DNA of 64,000 nt from the sequence record OR770614.1; one strand, given 5' to 3'. Below, in pieces: positions 9,881 to 18,988 of this stretch. Made by a program: the position numbers and the translations under genes. The first letter of the stretch is position 1; each line of letters starts with the position of its first letter. The notes beneath the pieces are model-generated. The model ran no database searches. It was given only the letters and a program-made list of their open reading frames with translations, and was not told the DNA's origin. Origin of the DNA: Staphylococcus phage vB_StaM_PB50.

Positions 9881-10621
9881 ATGGCTAAAATGATAAATAT
9901 AGGAAGTCTTAAATCATCTTTTCTATATAAAGGTAAAGATTTAATCTATCCGAATCCTATTAAAGATGGTTTAATTCTATGGTATGATTTTGCAAGCATG
10001 AAAAATGATAGTGCTAATAAAAGTATTGCAAAAAATATGATAAATATTGATAATGATGGAAAATTAAATAATTTTGCTTTTAATAGTGAAAGTGGATATA
10101 GTAATAATAATCTTAATTTTGACGGAATAGATGACAAGATAATTGTTGATGGATCTGATGGCAGATTTATGTTAGATAGTTTAACTGTAGAATGGACTGG
10201 AAAAATGAATGCAACTGAAAATAGTGGAACAAATCATATAATATATTGTGGTTATTATATGGGCTGGTCCTTAACTTATCATGATTCAAATCAATTGATG
10301 TTGTGCATGAAAAATTCTTTAAAGGAAGATGGATGGAATAGAAATTACTTATCAAGAACCGTATTTGAAGTTGGTTCAGAAGCTTTTCACTTTACTGCAG
10401 TTTTCAGTCCTAATGGAATTAAATGTTATATTAATGGAGATTATAAAGAAAACGGATCAAACACTACAGAAATAAAACCTCAATATGAAAAAATGTTTGA
10501 TATAGAGATTATGAATGATTTAGAAGGAAGTTTAATGTCAACTAGAATATATAACAGAACTCTTACTGAAGAAGAAATCAAACATAATTATCAGTTAGAA
10601 AAAGAAAGATGGGGGTTATAA
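9881..10621 (+). CDS. LamG-like (concanavalin-type jellyroll) domain protein, probable tail fibre or receptor-binding component
   Basis: KDGLILWYDF ... RIYNRTLTEEEIKHNYQLEKERW is the pattern typical of Laminin_G_3 domains. It is a paralog of the next gene. Confidence 0.55.
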   Translation: MAKMINIGSLKSSFLYKGKDLIYPNPIKDGLILWYDFASMKNDSANKSIAKNMINIDNDGKLNNFAFNSESGYSNNNLNFDGIDDKIIVDGSDGRFMLDSLTVEWTGKMNATENSGTNHIIYCGYYMGWSLTYHDSNQLMLCMKNSLKEDGWNRNYLSRTVFEVGSEAFHFTAVFSPNGIKCYINGDYKENGSNTTEIKPQYEKMFDIEIMNDLEGSLMSTRIYNRTLTEEEIKHNYQLEKERWGL

Positions 10622-10623
10622 TT

Positions 10624-11448
10624 ATGAATACAATTAGATTAGGCAATAATCCCATATCTTTTGTTTATCAAGGTAGTAAATTAATATACCCTAACCCAAT
10701 TAAAGATGGATTAGTTTTATGGTATGATTTTAATGGTATGAAAAATATTGATACTAATAAAGGTGTTACCAAAGATCTAACTGGAAGATCTACTGAAAAT
10801 ACACAACATTTTAATTTCCTATATAACTCTGAAAGTGGTTATAATAAAGGATTAAAATTTGATGGTATTGATGATAGAATTATACCTATGGCAAAACACC
10901 CTGACGGAACGGTAAGTCAGTTAGATATGAAGAAAATTAACAATGGTCAAAAATTTTCAGTTGAAATGACACTAAAAATGTCAGATAAACTTATAGAAAA
11001 AGGATCTGAAATTTTTATGACCAGTAAAACATATGGTAGATTTTGGTTACAGTTTATAAAGGACAATAATATAGTTTCTTCTGAGGAATATAGTATTTCT
11101 GCTTCTACTTACTATGGAGCTGAAGGTGGTAGAAGTACCTATTCATTTAGTAAATCAGAAGGATATAAATATGGCGATGAATTTCATCTAGTATCTACAG
11201 TTGATAAAAACGACAAAATTACATTATATGTAAATGGGGTAAAAAAGGATGAGAAACCTTTAAATGATATTACAATTACAACTTCTCAAGAAACAGATTT
11301 TAAAGTATTTTTAGGTCAAGGAGATGCTACAGCTTATTATAGAAGATTTGAACATGAACTCTATTCAATGAAAATTTACGATAGAGTGCTTACTGAACAA
11401 GAAATTCAGTACAACTATAATTTAGAAAAAGAAAGGTGGAACTTGTAA
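10624..11448 (+). CDS. LamG-like domain protein (paralog of 9881-10621)
   Basis: KDGLVLWYDF ... KIYDRVLTEQEIQYNYNLEKERW. The start at ATG 10624 is preferred over the ORF-track start at 10609. Confidence 0.55.
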   Translation: MNTIRLGNNPISFVYQGSKLIYPNPIKDGLVLWYDFNGMKNIDTNKGVTKDLTGRSTENTQHFNFLYNSESGYNKGLKFDGIDDRIIPMAKHPDGTVSQLDMKKINNGQKFSVEMTLKMSDKLIEKGSEIFMTSKTYGRFWLQFIKDNNIVSSEEYSISASTYYGAEGGRSTYSFSKSEGYKYGDEFHLVSTVDKNDKITLYVNGVKKDEKPLNDITITTSQETDFKVFLGQGDATAYYRRFEHELYSMKIYDRVLTEQEIQYNYNLEKERWNL

Positions 11449-11669
11449 TGAAATTTGTAATTGCAAATGTAGAATTTTTTGAGAAATTAGGATATAGTAC
11501 TAAATATTGGAGAAAATCTGTAGATGGAAATAAAACTATTTGTCATCTAGAATATGCTGAAATTTTAGATAATGGAATTCAAGAGGAAGAAAATGTTTTA
11601 GTTGTTGATGCAGCTGAAGCCCAAGATATTATGAATACTGAAGAATGGTCTAGTAAAGAAGAAGAATAA
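11448..11669 (+). CDS. small acidic hypothetical protein
   Basis: RBS AAAGGTGG is 8 nt upstream of ATG 11448 (in frame with ORF-track 11436). Confidence 0.4.
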   Translation: MKFVIANVEFFEKLGYSTKYWRKSVDGNKTICHLEYAEILDNGIQEEENVLVVDAAEAQDIMNTEEWSSKEEE

Positions 11670-11710
11670 GAACAAGTAAATATAATAAAAATAAATGGAG
11701 GAAATTTTTT

Positions 11711-12673
11711 ATGGCTAAAAAACATATCGGTACATGGAACGGTGTTCCTGTATATACTGATTTTTTACCAATAGGTACTCGTAGAGCTGGAGATAAGCTT
11801 AACGGACCTAAATTTATTGTTGCTCATGACACTGGGAACCCTAACACTACAGCACAAAATAATGTAGATTACTACCGTAATTCATATAATATTGATTGGA
11901 ATTATACAGCATCAGCTCATATCTTTGTTGATGATAAAGAATGTATTATCTGTGTTCCTTTAGATGAAAAAGCATGGCACGTTATGTATGGTACACCTAC
12001 AGATAATGCTTGGTATGGAGTGGATGCAAACGATTCAGCAATTGGAGTAGAAGGATGTTACTTCTCAGACCGTAATCGTTCATTAAAATCATTTGATAAT
12101 TACTGTCGTGTATTAGCTTATTTATGTAAAACATATAAGATTAACGCTAGCACAAATATGCCTGGACATCAAGATATTCAGGCAGATAAACAAGATCCAG
12201 GTAACTTATTAGCTGCGTGCGGTATGTCTCGTAGTGTTTCTAATGTAGATAAAAAAGTATTAGCTTATATGAAATCTGGTGTTACTTCGACTGCAAAAGA
12301 CAGTAAAACAACTAAAGTTGCTACTAAAGAAGAAGTTGCTAAGAAAGCTCCAGCTAAACCGGCTAAAACTTCAACTGTAACTTCTAAAACTTGGAAACGT
12401 AATTCTGCAGGAATTCTATGGAAAACTGAAAAAGCTACATTTAAATGTGGTGTTTCAGTAGGTATTAAAACTCGTAAAGGTGGTCCATGGACTGGATGGC
12501 CGCAAGGTCCATTTATGGCTAAAGGAGATACTATTAAATATGATGAAATTCAAGATTTTGATGGTTATATTTGGGTATCAGGTAACTTTAAAGGTCAATA
12601 TGTTTATGTACCGGTTGGTAAATCAACAGGAAATGGTAAACGTGTAGGGCCAGCATGGGGTACATTTAGTTAA
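11711..12673 (+). CDS. endolysin: N-acetylmuramoyl-L-alanine amidase (Amidase_2/PGRP type) with a C-terminal SH3b (SH3_5) cell-wall binding domain
   Basis: RBS GGAGGAAA. The SH3b block is WKRNSAGILWKTEKATFKCGVSVGIKTRKGGPWTGWPQGPFMAKGDTIKYDEIQDFDGYIWVSGNFKGQYVYVP. The amidase region contains a conserved His. Confidence 0.85.
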   Translation: MAKKHIGTWNGVPVYTDFLPIGTRRAGDKLNGPKFIVAHDTGNPNTTAQNNVDYYRNSYNIDWNYTASAHIFVDDKECIICVPLDEKAWHVMYGTPTDNAWYGVDANDSAIGVEGCYFSDRNRSLKSFDNYCRVLAYLCKTYKINASTNMPGHQDIQADKQDPGNLLAACGMSRSVSNVDKKVLAYMKSGVTSTAKDSKTTKVATKEEVAKKAPAKPAKTSTVTSKTWKRNSAGILWKTEKATFKCGVSVGIKTRKGGPWTGWPQGPFMAKGDTIKYDEIQDFDGYIWVSGNFKGQYVYVPVGKSTGNGKRVGPAWGTFS

Positions 12674-12688
12674 TTTATTAATTTAATT

Positions 12689-12728
12689 GTCCTAACGTTC
12701 ATATAGAGCGTTAGGACTTATTTCTTTA
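12689..12728 (+). terminator. rho-independent terminator (GTCCTAACGTTCATATAGAGCGTTAGGAC followed by a T-rich tract)
   Basis: 10-bp stem plus TTATTTCTTT. Confidence 0.6.
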
Positions 12729-12788
12729 ATAGAAGAACAGGTTATTATAAATATATAAAATGGAATAAAGAAAGGATTTGAATTCTAT

Positions 12789-13586
12789 ATGAAAACAAAA
12801 ACTCAAGCTCTTGATTGGGTTAATAGTCGTATTGGTCGTAGACTAGATTTTGATGGTTGGTATGGAGCTCAGTGTATGGATTTAACTATAGGTTACTGTA
12901 ATTATATCTCAGGTGGTTCTTTCCGTCCTTGGGGTAATGCAATTAATCTTAAAGACAACACAATGCCAGCTGGATGGAAATTAATTAAAAATACTCCATC
13001 ATTCTTACCTCAACCTGGTGATATTGCTATTTGGGCTTATGCACCTTATGATGTTTATGGTCATACAGGTATTATTACTTCAGCTAACTTAAATAACTTC
13101 TATTCAGTTGACCAAAACTGGTTTAATGCAGGAAGTAACGGTTCACCGGCAGCTAAAGTATTTCATGATTATACAGGTTTCTGGGGAGTAATTCGTCCAG
13201 CTTTTGGTAGTACATCTACTAAGAAAGCAACTCCTAAGAAAGCGGCTCCTAAGAAAAAAGTAGTTAAAAAAGCAGCTACTAAGAAAGCAGCTACAACTGC
13301 TACTTGGAAACGTAATTCTGCAGGAATTCTATGGAAAACTGAAAAAGCTAAATTCACATGTAATGTTTCTTCAGGAATTATTACTCGTAAAAATGGTCCA
13401 TGGACTGGATGGGCTCAAGGTCCATTTATGAAGAAAGGTGATACTATTAAATATGATGAAATTCAAGATTTCGATGGACATATTTGGGTATCAGGTAACT
13501 TTAAAGGTCAATATGTTTATGTACCAATTGGTAAATCAAATGGTAAAGGACAACGTATTGGTGCTGCATGGGGTACATTTAGTTAA
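12789..13586 (+). CDS. endolysin: CHAP-domain peptidase with a C-terminal SH3b domain
   Basis: The CHAP Cys/His context is WYGAQCMDL ... DVYGHTGII, followed by a KKAxPKK linker. The SH3b block is almost identical to that of the preceding gene. Confidence 0.85.
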   Translation: MKTKTQALDWVNSRIGRRLDFDGWYGAQCMDLTIGYCNYISGGSFRPWGNAINLKDNTMPAGWKLIKNTPSFLPQPGDIAIWAYAPYDVYGHTGIITSANLNNFYSVDQNWFNAGSNGSPAAKVFHDYTGFWGVIRPAFGSTSTKKATPKKAAPKKKVVKKAATKKAATTATWKRNSAGILWKTEKAKFTCNVSSGIITRKNGPWTGWAQGPFMKKGDTIKYDEIQDFDGHIWVSGNFKGQYVYVPIGKSNGKGQRIGAAWGTFS

Positions 13587-13596
13587 TTAAGTTCTT

Positions 13597-13632
13597 AAAG
13601 GGATTTTTATAAAATCCCTTTTTAACTTTTTT
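13597..13632 (+). terminator. rho-independent terminator (AAGGGATTTTTATAAAATCCCTT followed by T-rich sequence)
   Basis: Hairpin followed by TTTAACTTTTTT. Confidence 0.6.
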
Positions 13633-13671
13633 ATATAATAAAATAATAAAGATGAAAGGAAAGAAAATTAT

Positions 13672-14196
13672 ATGTTAAATTTCAATGAAGATAATAATTT
13701 CATTATTATTAATGAAAAAGCATTTGTTCCTGGTAAAGGTAAAGGTCCTTTTGTTAAACCATTTGTGGCTACAGGATCTCAAATTCGTTTATATAGACGT
13801 TTAGGTTTACAAGTAACAATAGTGGATGAAAATTATGAATATCCTAGTGATAAAGATAATAAAAAAGAAGAAAAAGCTGAAAAGAATGAAGAAGTCAATG
13901 TTGAAGAAAATAATGATACAACAACTGAGACAAAGAAAGATGAGGAAAGCGACTCTTCAGAAAGCAAAGAAGAGAGCGAAGTTTCTGAAGAAAGTAATGA
14001 AGAACATTCAACTGATGAAAAAGTAGATGAACCTCAAGAAGATAATTCTAAAGAAGAATCAGAAATTAGTGAAGAAGATTTAAATGAATTCACTGTTGCT
14101 GAACTTAAAGATGAATTAGATTCAAAAGGCATTGAATATGCAAATAATGCACGTAAAAAAGATTTAATTGAATTATTAAAAGAAAACTCAAAATAA
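13672..14196 (+). CDS. acidic protein with the shared N-terminal module and a C-terminal SAP-like DNA-binding motif
   Basis: The N-terminus FVPGKGKGPFVKPFVATGSQIRLYRRLGL is homologous to the N-termini of the 8721 and 14217 products. The C-terminus is FTVAELKDELDSKGIEYANNARKKDLIELL (SAP motif pattern). Confidence 0.55.
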   Translation: MLNFNEDNNFIIINEKAFVPGKGKGPFVKPFVATGSQIRLYRRLGLQVTIVDENYEYPSDKDNKKEEKAEKNEEVNVEENNDTTTETKKDEESDSSESKEESEVSEESNEEHSTDEKVDEPQEDNSKEESEISEEDLNEFTVAELKDELDSKGIEYANNARKKDLIELLKENSK

Positions 14197-14216
14197 GAAA
14201 GGAAGTTTAACTAATA

Positions 14217-16124
14217 ATGGCAACTACTAACTTTTATAAAGTGAAAGTATTAGATGAAAAAATAATTCCATTTTTAGGTTATAAAGAATACGGTCCTAGA
14301 GAAAATGTTATTCTTTCTGGTAGCGATTTAGCTAGTTTAAAACAAGCTGGCTGGACTATTACTGATGTTACACCTTTACCTGAAACTGGAAAAATTAAAT
14401 ATGATAGACGTACTATCTATTTCAAAACTGAAGGAGAACAAAATAAATTTATTAACGTTCCTTTCTATGTAAATCCTATTGATGCTCGTGATGTATTTGG
14501 TTTACTTAAATTTGATTTAATCAAATTATCTGATAAAACAGTTGTAAGTACACATAATGTTAAAGAAATTAAAAATGAAATATTAAGTATACCTACTTCT
14601 GATCTTGAAATTGGTGAAGAATACAAATTAAGATTATACTTCCCTAAAGATGCAGATGAAAACTATGACATCGCTATTTCTGAAGGTTATAAAGATCTTT
14701 TTGAAAGAGTACATGATGAAGTATTTATTCAAGTAAAAGAATACGGTAAAATTACAGGTCGTCTTGTTCAATTACAACAAGATATTAATGTATATAAAGA
14801 ATCTGTATTACCTTTAGAGAAAATTGTAGGATATAAAGACTTTGATTCTAAAGAAGTAACTCCTATAAGTAAAGAGAATTTATTACAATTATTATCAGTT
14901 GAAGTTAGTGATACTAGCTTTGCTAAATTTGAACGTAATAAAAATCGCTTATTCTTCTATAGTAAAGAAGGAAAAATAGTTGTTAAAGTTATTGAAAGAA
15001 ACATTCAAGACAATATCATTAACTTTAATGTACGTATTTTAAGTGAAGAAACTGCACAAAAAGAAATTGATAAAAAACTTGAATATTCTGTTTATAATCC
15101 TAAAGATGGAAAATTTGAAAGCATTAATCAAACTAAAAGTATAACTGTTACTCCAGAAACAGTTAATATTGAAGCAGAAGGAACTCAAAAATTAGAAGTT
15201 ACTACTGAACCAGAAGGAAGAAAAGTAAGCTTTGAATTAAAAGACGGTTCTGAATTTGCTTCATTAGATAATAACGGAAATATTACTGGTATTTCTGAAG
15301 GAACTGCAACTGTTACAGTTAAATCAGATAATGTTTCTAAAGATGTAAAGGTTAATGTAAGCCGTTTAAAGACTAAGAGTCTAACTGTTACTCCAGAAGA
15401 AATTAACATAGACGCAGAATCATCTCAACAGTTAGACGTTAAACTACAACCATCTACAAATGTTGTAAATTATTCTATTACTGAAGGATCTGAATTTGCT
15501 TCAGTTAATAGTAGCGGTCTTATAACTGCTAAAGCTGTAGGAACTGCTAAAGTTAAAGTAAGTTCTGATTCTATTAGTAAGACAGTTAATGTTAATGTAA
15601 CTAGAGTAAAAACTAAAAATCTAACTGTTACTCCACAGACAGTTAGTATAGATGCAGAATCAACTAAACAGTTAACTGCAACTACAGATCCTAAAGGAAA
15701 CCCTGTAAGTTATTCTATTACTGAAGGATCTGAATTTGCTTCAGTTGACAATAACGGTCTTGTAACCGCTAAAGATGTAGGAACTGCTAAAGTTAAAGTT
15801 GTTTCTGATAGCGTAAGTAAGACAGTTAGTGTTAATGTAACTAGAGTAAAAACTAAAAATCTAACAGTTACTCCTAATAGTGTTGATATGAAAGATAATG
15901 AAACTCAACAATTAACAATAACTACAGATCCTAAAGGAAACCCTGTAAGTTATTCTATTACTGAAGGATCTGAATTTGCTTCAGTTAACAACAGTGGTCT
16001 TGTAACTGCTAAAGCTGCAGGAACTGCTAAAGTTAAAGTTACTTCTGATAGTGTAAGTAAAGATGTTAGTATTAATATTTCTACTTCACAAGTAGAAGAA
16101 ACTCCAGAAGGAACTTCAGAATAA
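14217..16124 (+). CDS. structural-like protein with five tandem Big_2 (bacterial Ig-like) domains
   Basis: Five repeats of the type TVTPxxVxIxAExTxQL...GSEFASVxNxGLVTAKxxGTAKVKVxSDSVSK. The N-terminus shares the IIPFLGYKEYGPRENVILSGSDL module. Confidence 0.7.
   Translation: MATTNFYKVKVLDEKIIPFLGYKEYGPRENVILSGSDLASLKQAGWTITDVTPLPETGKIKYDRRTIYFKTEGEQNKFINVPFYVNPIDARDVFGLLKFDLIKLSDKTVVSTHNVKEIKNEILSIPTSDLEIGEEYKLRLYFPKDADENYDIAISEGYKDLFERVHDEVFIQVKEYGKITGRLVQLQQDINVYKESVLPLEKIVGYKDFDSKEVTPISKENLLQLLSVEVSDTSFAKFERNKNRLFFYSKEGKIVVKVIERNIQDNIINFNVRILSEETAQKEIDKKLEYSVYNPKDGKFESINQTKSITVTPETVNIEAEGTQKLEVTTEPEGRKVSFELKDGSEFASLDNNGNITGISEGTATVTVKSDNVSKDVKVNVSRLKTKSLTVTPEEINIDAESSQQLDVKLQPSTNVVNYSITEGSEFASVNSSGLITAKAVGTAKVKVSSDSISKTVNVNVTRVKTKNLTVTPQTVSIDAESTKQLTATTDPKGNPVSYSITEGSEFASVDNNGLVTAKDVGTAKVKVVSDSVSKTVSVNVTRVKTKNLTVTPNSVDMKDNETQQLTITTDPKGNPVSYSITEGSEFASVNNSGLVTAKAAGTAKVKVTSDSVSKDVSINISTSQVEETPEGTSE
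15130..16080 (+). repeat. about 240-nt in-frame tandem repeats encoding Big_2 domains
   Basis: Near-identical DNA blocks, e.g. 15460-15600, 15700-15840 and 15940-16080. Confidence 0.6.
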
Positions 16125-16142
16125 AAAAAATAATAAAATTTC

Positions 16143-16172
16143 CCCAATACCTAAATTAATAGGTATTGGGGA
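16143..16172. terminator. bidirectional hairpin CCCCAATACCTAAATTAATAGGTATTGGGG between convergent genes
   Basis: Perfect inverted repeat, same family as 4033. Confidence 0.6.
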
Positions 16173-16180
16173 TTATATTT

Positions 16181-17029
16181 TTAACCTCTAATAATATCAT
16201 CATCAGAAAGTTCTATTTTATTACCTGCATCCATTTTATTTATCTCATCTGTATCTATTGTTTCTTTAATGAATTCTATTTTTAAATTCATTCCTAAAGA
16301 ATTGATGACTGTTTCCATAGTCTTCCAAGTTAATTTTCCTTGTTTGATCATTTTATCTAAAGATGATTTTAGTTTACTTACTACATTAACTTCATCTGAA
16401 TTCTTTTCTAGCTCACCAAATAACATTTCAAATGTATAACCTTCATTACCTAATATTTCTAAGAAATCCACAAATTCTAATATATATTCTTCATATAAAA
16501 CATCCGGCATTAATTTAAATCCTAGTTTACCTGAAAATTTAGATGTCTTAGTTTTTCTTTTAGGATTATATAAAGTTAATTCATCTTTATCTTTAAATTC
16601 TTCTGAAACTAATGAAACTTTATACCCGATTACTTCACAAATACTAATTAATGAATGTATAGTAAATACTTTACTACTCTTTAATCTATACATAGTGTTT
16701 TTAAATGAATCGATTTCACCTTCACCATATACTTTAGCATATCTTTCAAAATATTCTTCGAAAGTCATTCCTTCTTTATCGCCTACAATATTTTCCATAA
16801 ATTGTATTACCTTTTTACCTAAATAAGGTAATTTATCATATTCTTCTTTAGTAACAATTCCTTGTATACTACCATGATATTTTGAAGAATTTGATTGTTC
16901 TTCTTGATCTTCCATTTCATCATTTAATTCAGTATATCTGACATCTTTAAATACTGATTTAACATCAACTTCGTCTACATTAGATATAATTCTTTCTAAT
17001 TCGTCTGAAACATCTCTATTGTTTTTCAT
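16181..17029 (-). CDS. hypothetical protein
   Basis: 282-aa ORF. Confidence 0.5.
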   Translation of the reverse strand: MKNNRDVSDELERIISNVDEVDVKSVFKDVRYTELNDEMEDQEEQSNSSKYHGSIQGIVTKEEYDKLPYLGKKVIQFMENIVGDKEGMTFEEYFERYAKVYGEGEIDSFKNTMYRLKSSKVFTIHSLISICEVIGYKVSLVSEEFKDKDELTLYNPKRKTKTSKFSGKLGFKLMPDVLYEEYILEFVDFLEILGNEGYTFEMLFGELEKNSDEVNVVSKLKSSLDKMIKQGKLTWKTMETVINSLGMNLKIEFIKETIDTDEINKMDAGNKIELSDDDIIRG

Positions 17030-17109
17030 TTACATAATCTCCTTACAGTATATAAAAAATAAATATAATATTGGTATAATGTGAGGTTAATCACATTATA
17101 CCGTATTTA

Positions 17110-18315
17110 TTAAATTCCTAAATCATCATCTTTATCTAATTCTTTACTTTTACTTGTAAATTTATCTAATAATGATTTTGATCTACCTTGATCTTCACCA
17201 TTTTCTTCATTTACATTATTTGATAAGTCTTCCATAGATCCAGATTCTTTATTAACATCTGCATCTTTAAACATTGTAGATTTATCAATTTGTCTATCAT
17301 CTTGTTGATTGTTAGTTTCTGTTTTATCAGCAAAAGGTAAATCGTCATCAGAAATATTATCCACTGCACCAAAAGGATTTTCCGGAGTACTTTGTTGTTG
17401 ATTTTGTGGTGTATTATTTACATTACCGAAAGGATTTGGATTTGATTGTTGCTGCTGTTGAGGTTGATTAAAATTACCAAATTGATTATTTGATTGTTGA
17501 GGAGCATTATTCTGTTGTTGATTAAATCCTCCATTATTATTACCAAAATTTCCAAAACCATTATTTTGTTGGTTAAATCCACCTGAGTTATTTTGTTGTC
17601 TTGGAGCACTATTGTATGAAGCTTTCTCATCCATATGATGATTAGACATATCAGTTGGTAAACCTTGAGCTCTTAATAATCCTTTAAGTAGTTGATTATT
17701 TTCAATTTCTTTAGCTTGCATTTCAGCTTGTACACATTGATTTCTAAATGTTAAAGGATCATTAGTAATTCTAACTAATAAATTAACTAAACTAATAAAA
17801 GCATTTGCTGAAATGAAATCATATTTATTATTATCATTTACAATAATAGCAAAACCAATTTCAGTTGAATTAGTACGTTTATTAACAATTGTAGTTGGAG
17901 CGAAAGCAATACCTTTACCTGAAACTAAACTAGGTGATTGCCAAATATGATTTTGATACTCAGCAGTTACTTGATTATTTTGGAAAATACTATTAAAGTT
18001 TTCACCAATACTTTTGTAAGTAGCTTTTAAGAAATTATTAAATTCTTGTAAGTGTGGATAACTAATTAATACATCCTCTGAAATAGGTGCTTGACCTTGT
18101 TGAAATTTACTGTAAGAGAATGAAATATAATGATTACCGTTATTTTCAATTTCACTTAAAAATGGAATATTGTTATATTGACTTGATTTATAAGTATTGA
18201 TATATTCACCATTAATAGCATTACCAGTGTTTTTATTCTTTCTAGCAAATAGTGTGTAAATTGAAACTGAAACATTTTGTCCTCGGTATAGATGGTCTTT
18301 GAAATTTGTTAACAT
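17110..18315 (-). CDS. hypothetical protein: about 200-aa globular N-domain, a Q/N/G-rich low-complexity linker with FGN repeats, and an acidic C-terminal tip (DKDDDLGI). The architecture is reminiscent of single-stranded DNA-binding proteins
   Basis: Linker: GGFNQQNNGFGNFGNNNGGFNQQQNNAPQQSNNQFGNFNQPQQQQQSNPNPFGNVNN, then an acidic tail ending DDDLGI (compare the bacterial SSB DDDIPF tip). The candidate promoter motif lies upstream. Confidence 0.4.
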   Translation of the reverse strand: MLTNFKDHLYRGQNVSVSIYTLFARKNKNTGNAINGEYINTYKSSQYNNIPFLSEIENNGNHYISFSYSKFQQGQAPISEDVLISYPHLQEFNNFLKATYKSIGENFNSIFQNNQVTAEYQNHIWQSPSLVSGKGIAFAPTTIVNKRTNSTEIGFAIIVNDNNKYDFISANAFISLVNLLVRITNDPLTFRNQCVQAEMQAKEIENNQLLKGLLRAQGLPTDMSNHHMDEKASYNSAPRQQNNSGGFNQQNNGFGNFGNNNGGFNQQQNNAPQQSNNQFGNFNQPQQQQQSNPNPFGNVNNTPQNQQQSTPENPFGAVDNISDDDLPFADKTETNNQQDDRQIDKSTMFKDADVNKESGSMEDLSNNVNEENGEDQGRSKSLLDKFTSKSKELDKDDDLGI

Positions 18316-18355
18316 AATAAAATCTCTCCTAATAAAATAATTTTTGTATTACTAC

Positions 18356-18380
18356 TTTTATATAATATATATTTAAATTT
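18356..18380 (-). promoter_or_regulatory. conserved AT-rich motif (plus-strand reading TTTTATATAATATATATTTAAA); candidate promoter for 17110-18315
   Basis: Member of a motif that recurs upstream of at least 8 minus-strand genes. Confidence 0.35.
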
Positions 18381-18986
18381 TTAATCTAAAATTTTTGCTT
18401 TCTTAATGAATGACAATAATAATGATGCAATTGATAGTGAGGAATCAGTCATAGATTCATTTGTTCCCATTAATTCTTCTGCATAAGAATAATCACCATC
18501 TTTAATACTAGACATTCTTACTACTGATTTCACATCAATAGGTTGGAAATCAATATATGAAGGAAATTCATAAGTGTTATCTGAAGATCCACCGTATACC
18601 AATTCAATTAATTGACTCCATAAAGTTATTTCATCTATCCAGAAAACTAATTTATCTGCATATTCAGAAAGTCCTTCAAAATAATCTCTAATACGTTGAA
18701 CTTGAATAACTGTATCATCTTTAATTAATCTCAAGTTATAATCATCTAACGTTTTATCAATCTTAGTATAGTTAGACAATTGACCTTTTTCATATGCATC
18801 CTTAAGCATTTCATTTTTAAATACTTCATTTAGATCTATATCTGAGAACTCTAAATACAAGTCTTTAAATTTAGGACTATCTACCATAAATGTCATATTG
18901 ATAAATTCAGTATTAGTTTTAGGTGAAGTAGTTACTGCAGAAACTATTATATTTAACGCTGGCAATTTTTCTTCAAATTCTATCAA
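18381..18986 (-). CDS. hypothetical protein
   Basis: 201-aa ORF. Confidence 0.5.
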   Translation of the reverse strand: MIEFEEKLPALNIIVSAVTTSPKTNTEFINMTFMVDSPKFKDLYLEFSDIDLNEVFKNEMLKDAYEKGQLSNYTKIDKTLDDYNLRLIKDDTVIQVQRIRDYFEGLSEYADKLVFWIDEITLWSQLIELVYGGSSDNTYEFPSYIDFQPIDVKSVVRMSSIKDGDYSYAEELMGTNESMTDSSLSIASLLLSFIKKAKILD

Positions 18987-18988
18987 TC

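Noticed and set aside
13826-14026. Lys-rich 66-aa ORF in an alternative plus-strand frame
   Set aside because: It is an out-of-frame reading of the acidic AAG/GAA-rich part of gene 13672..14196, a frame artefact.
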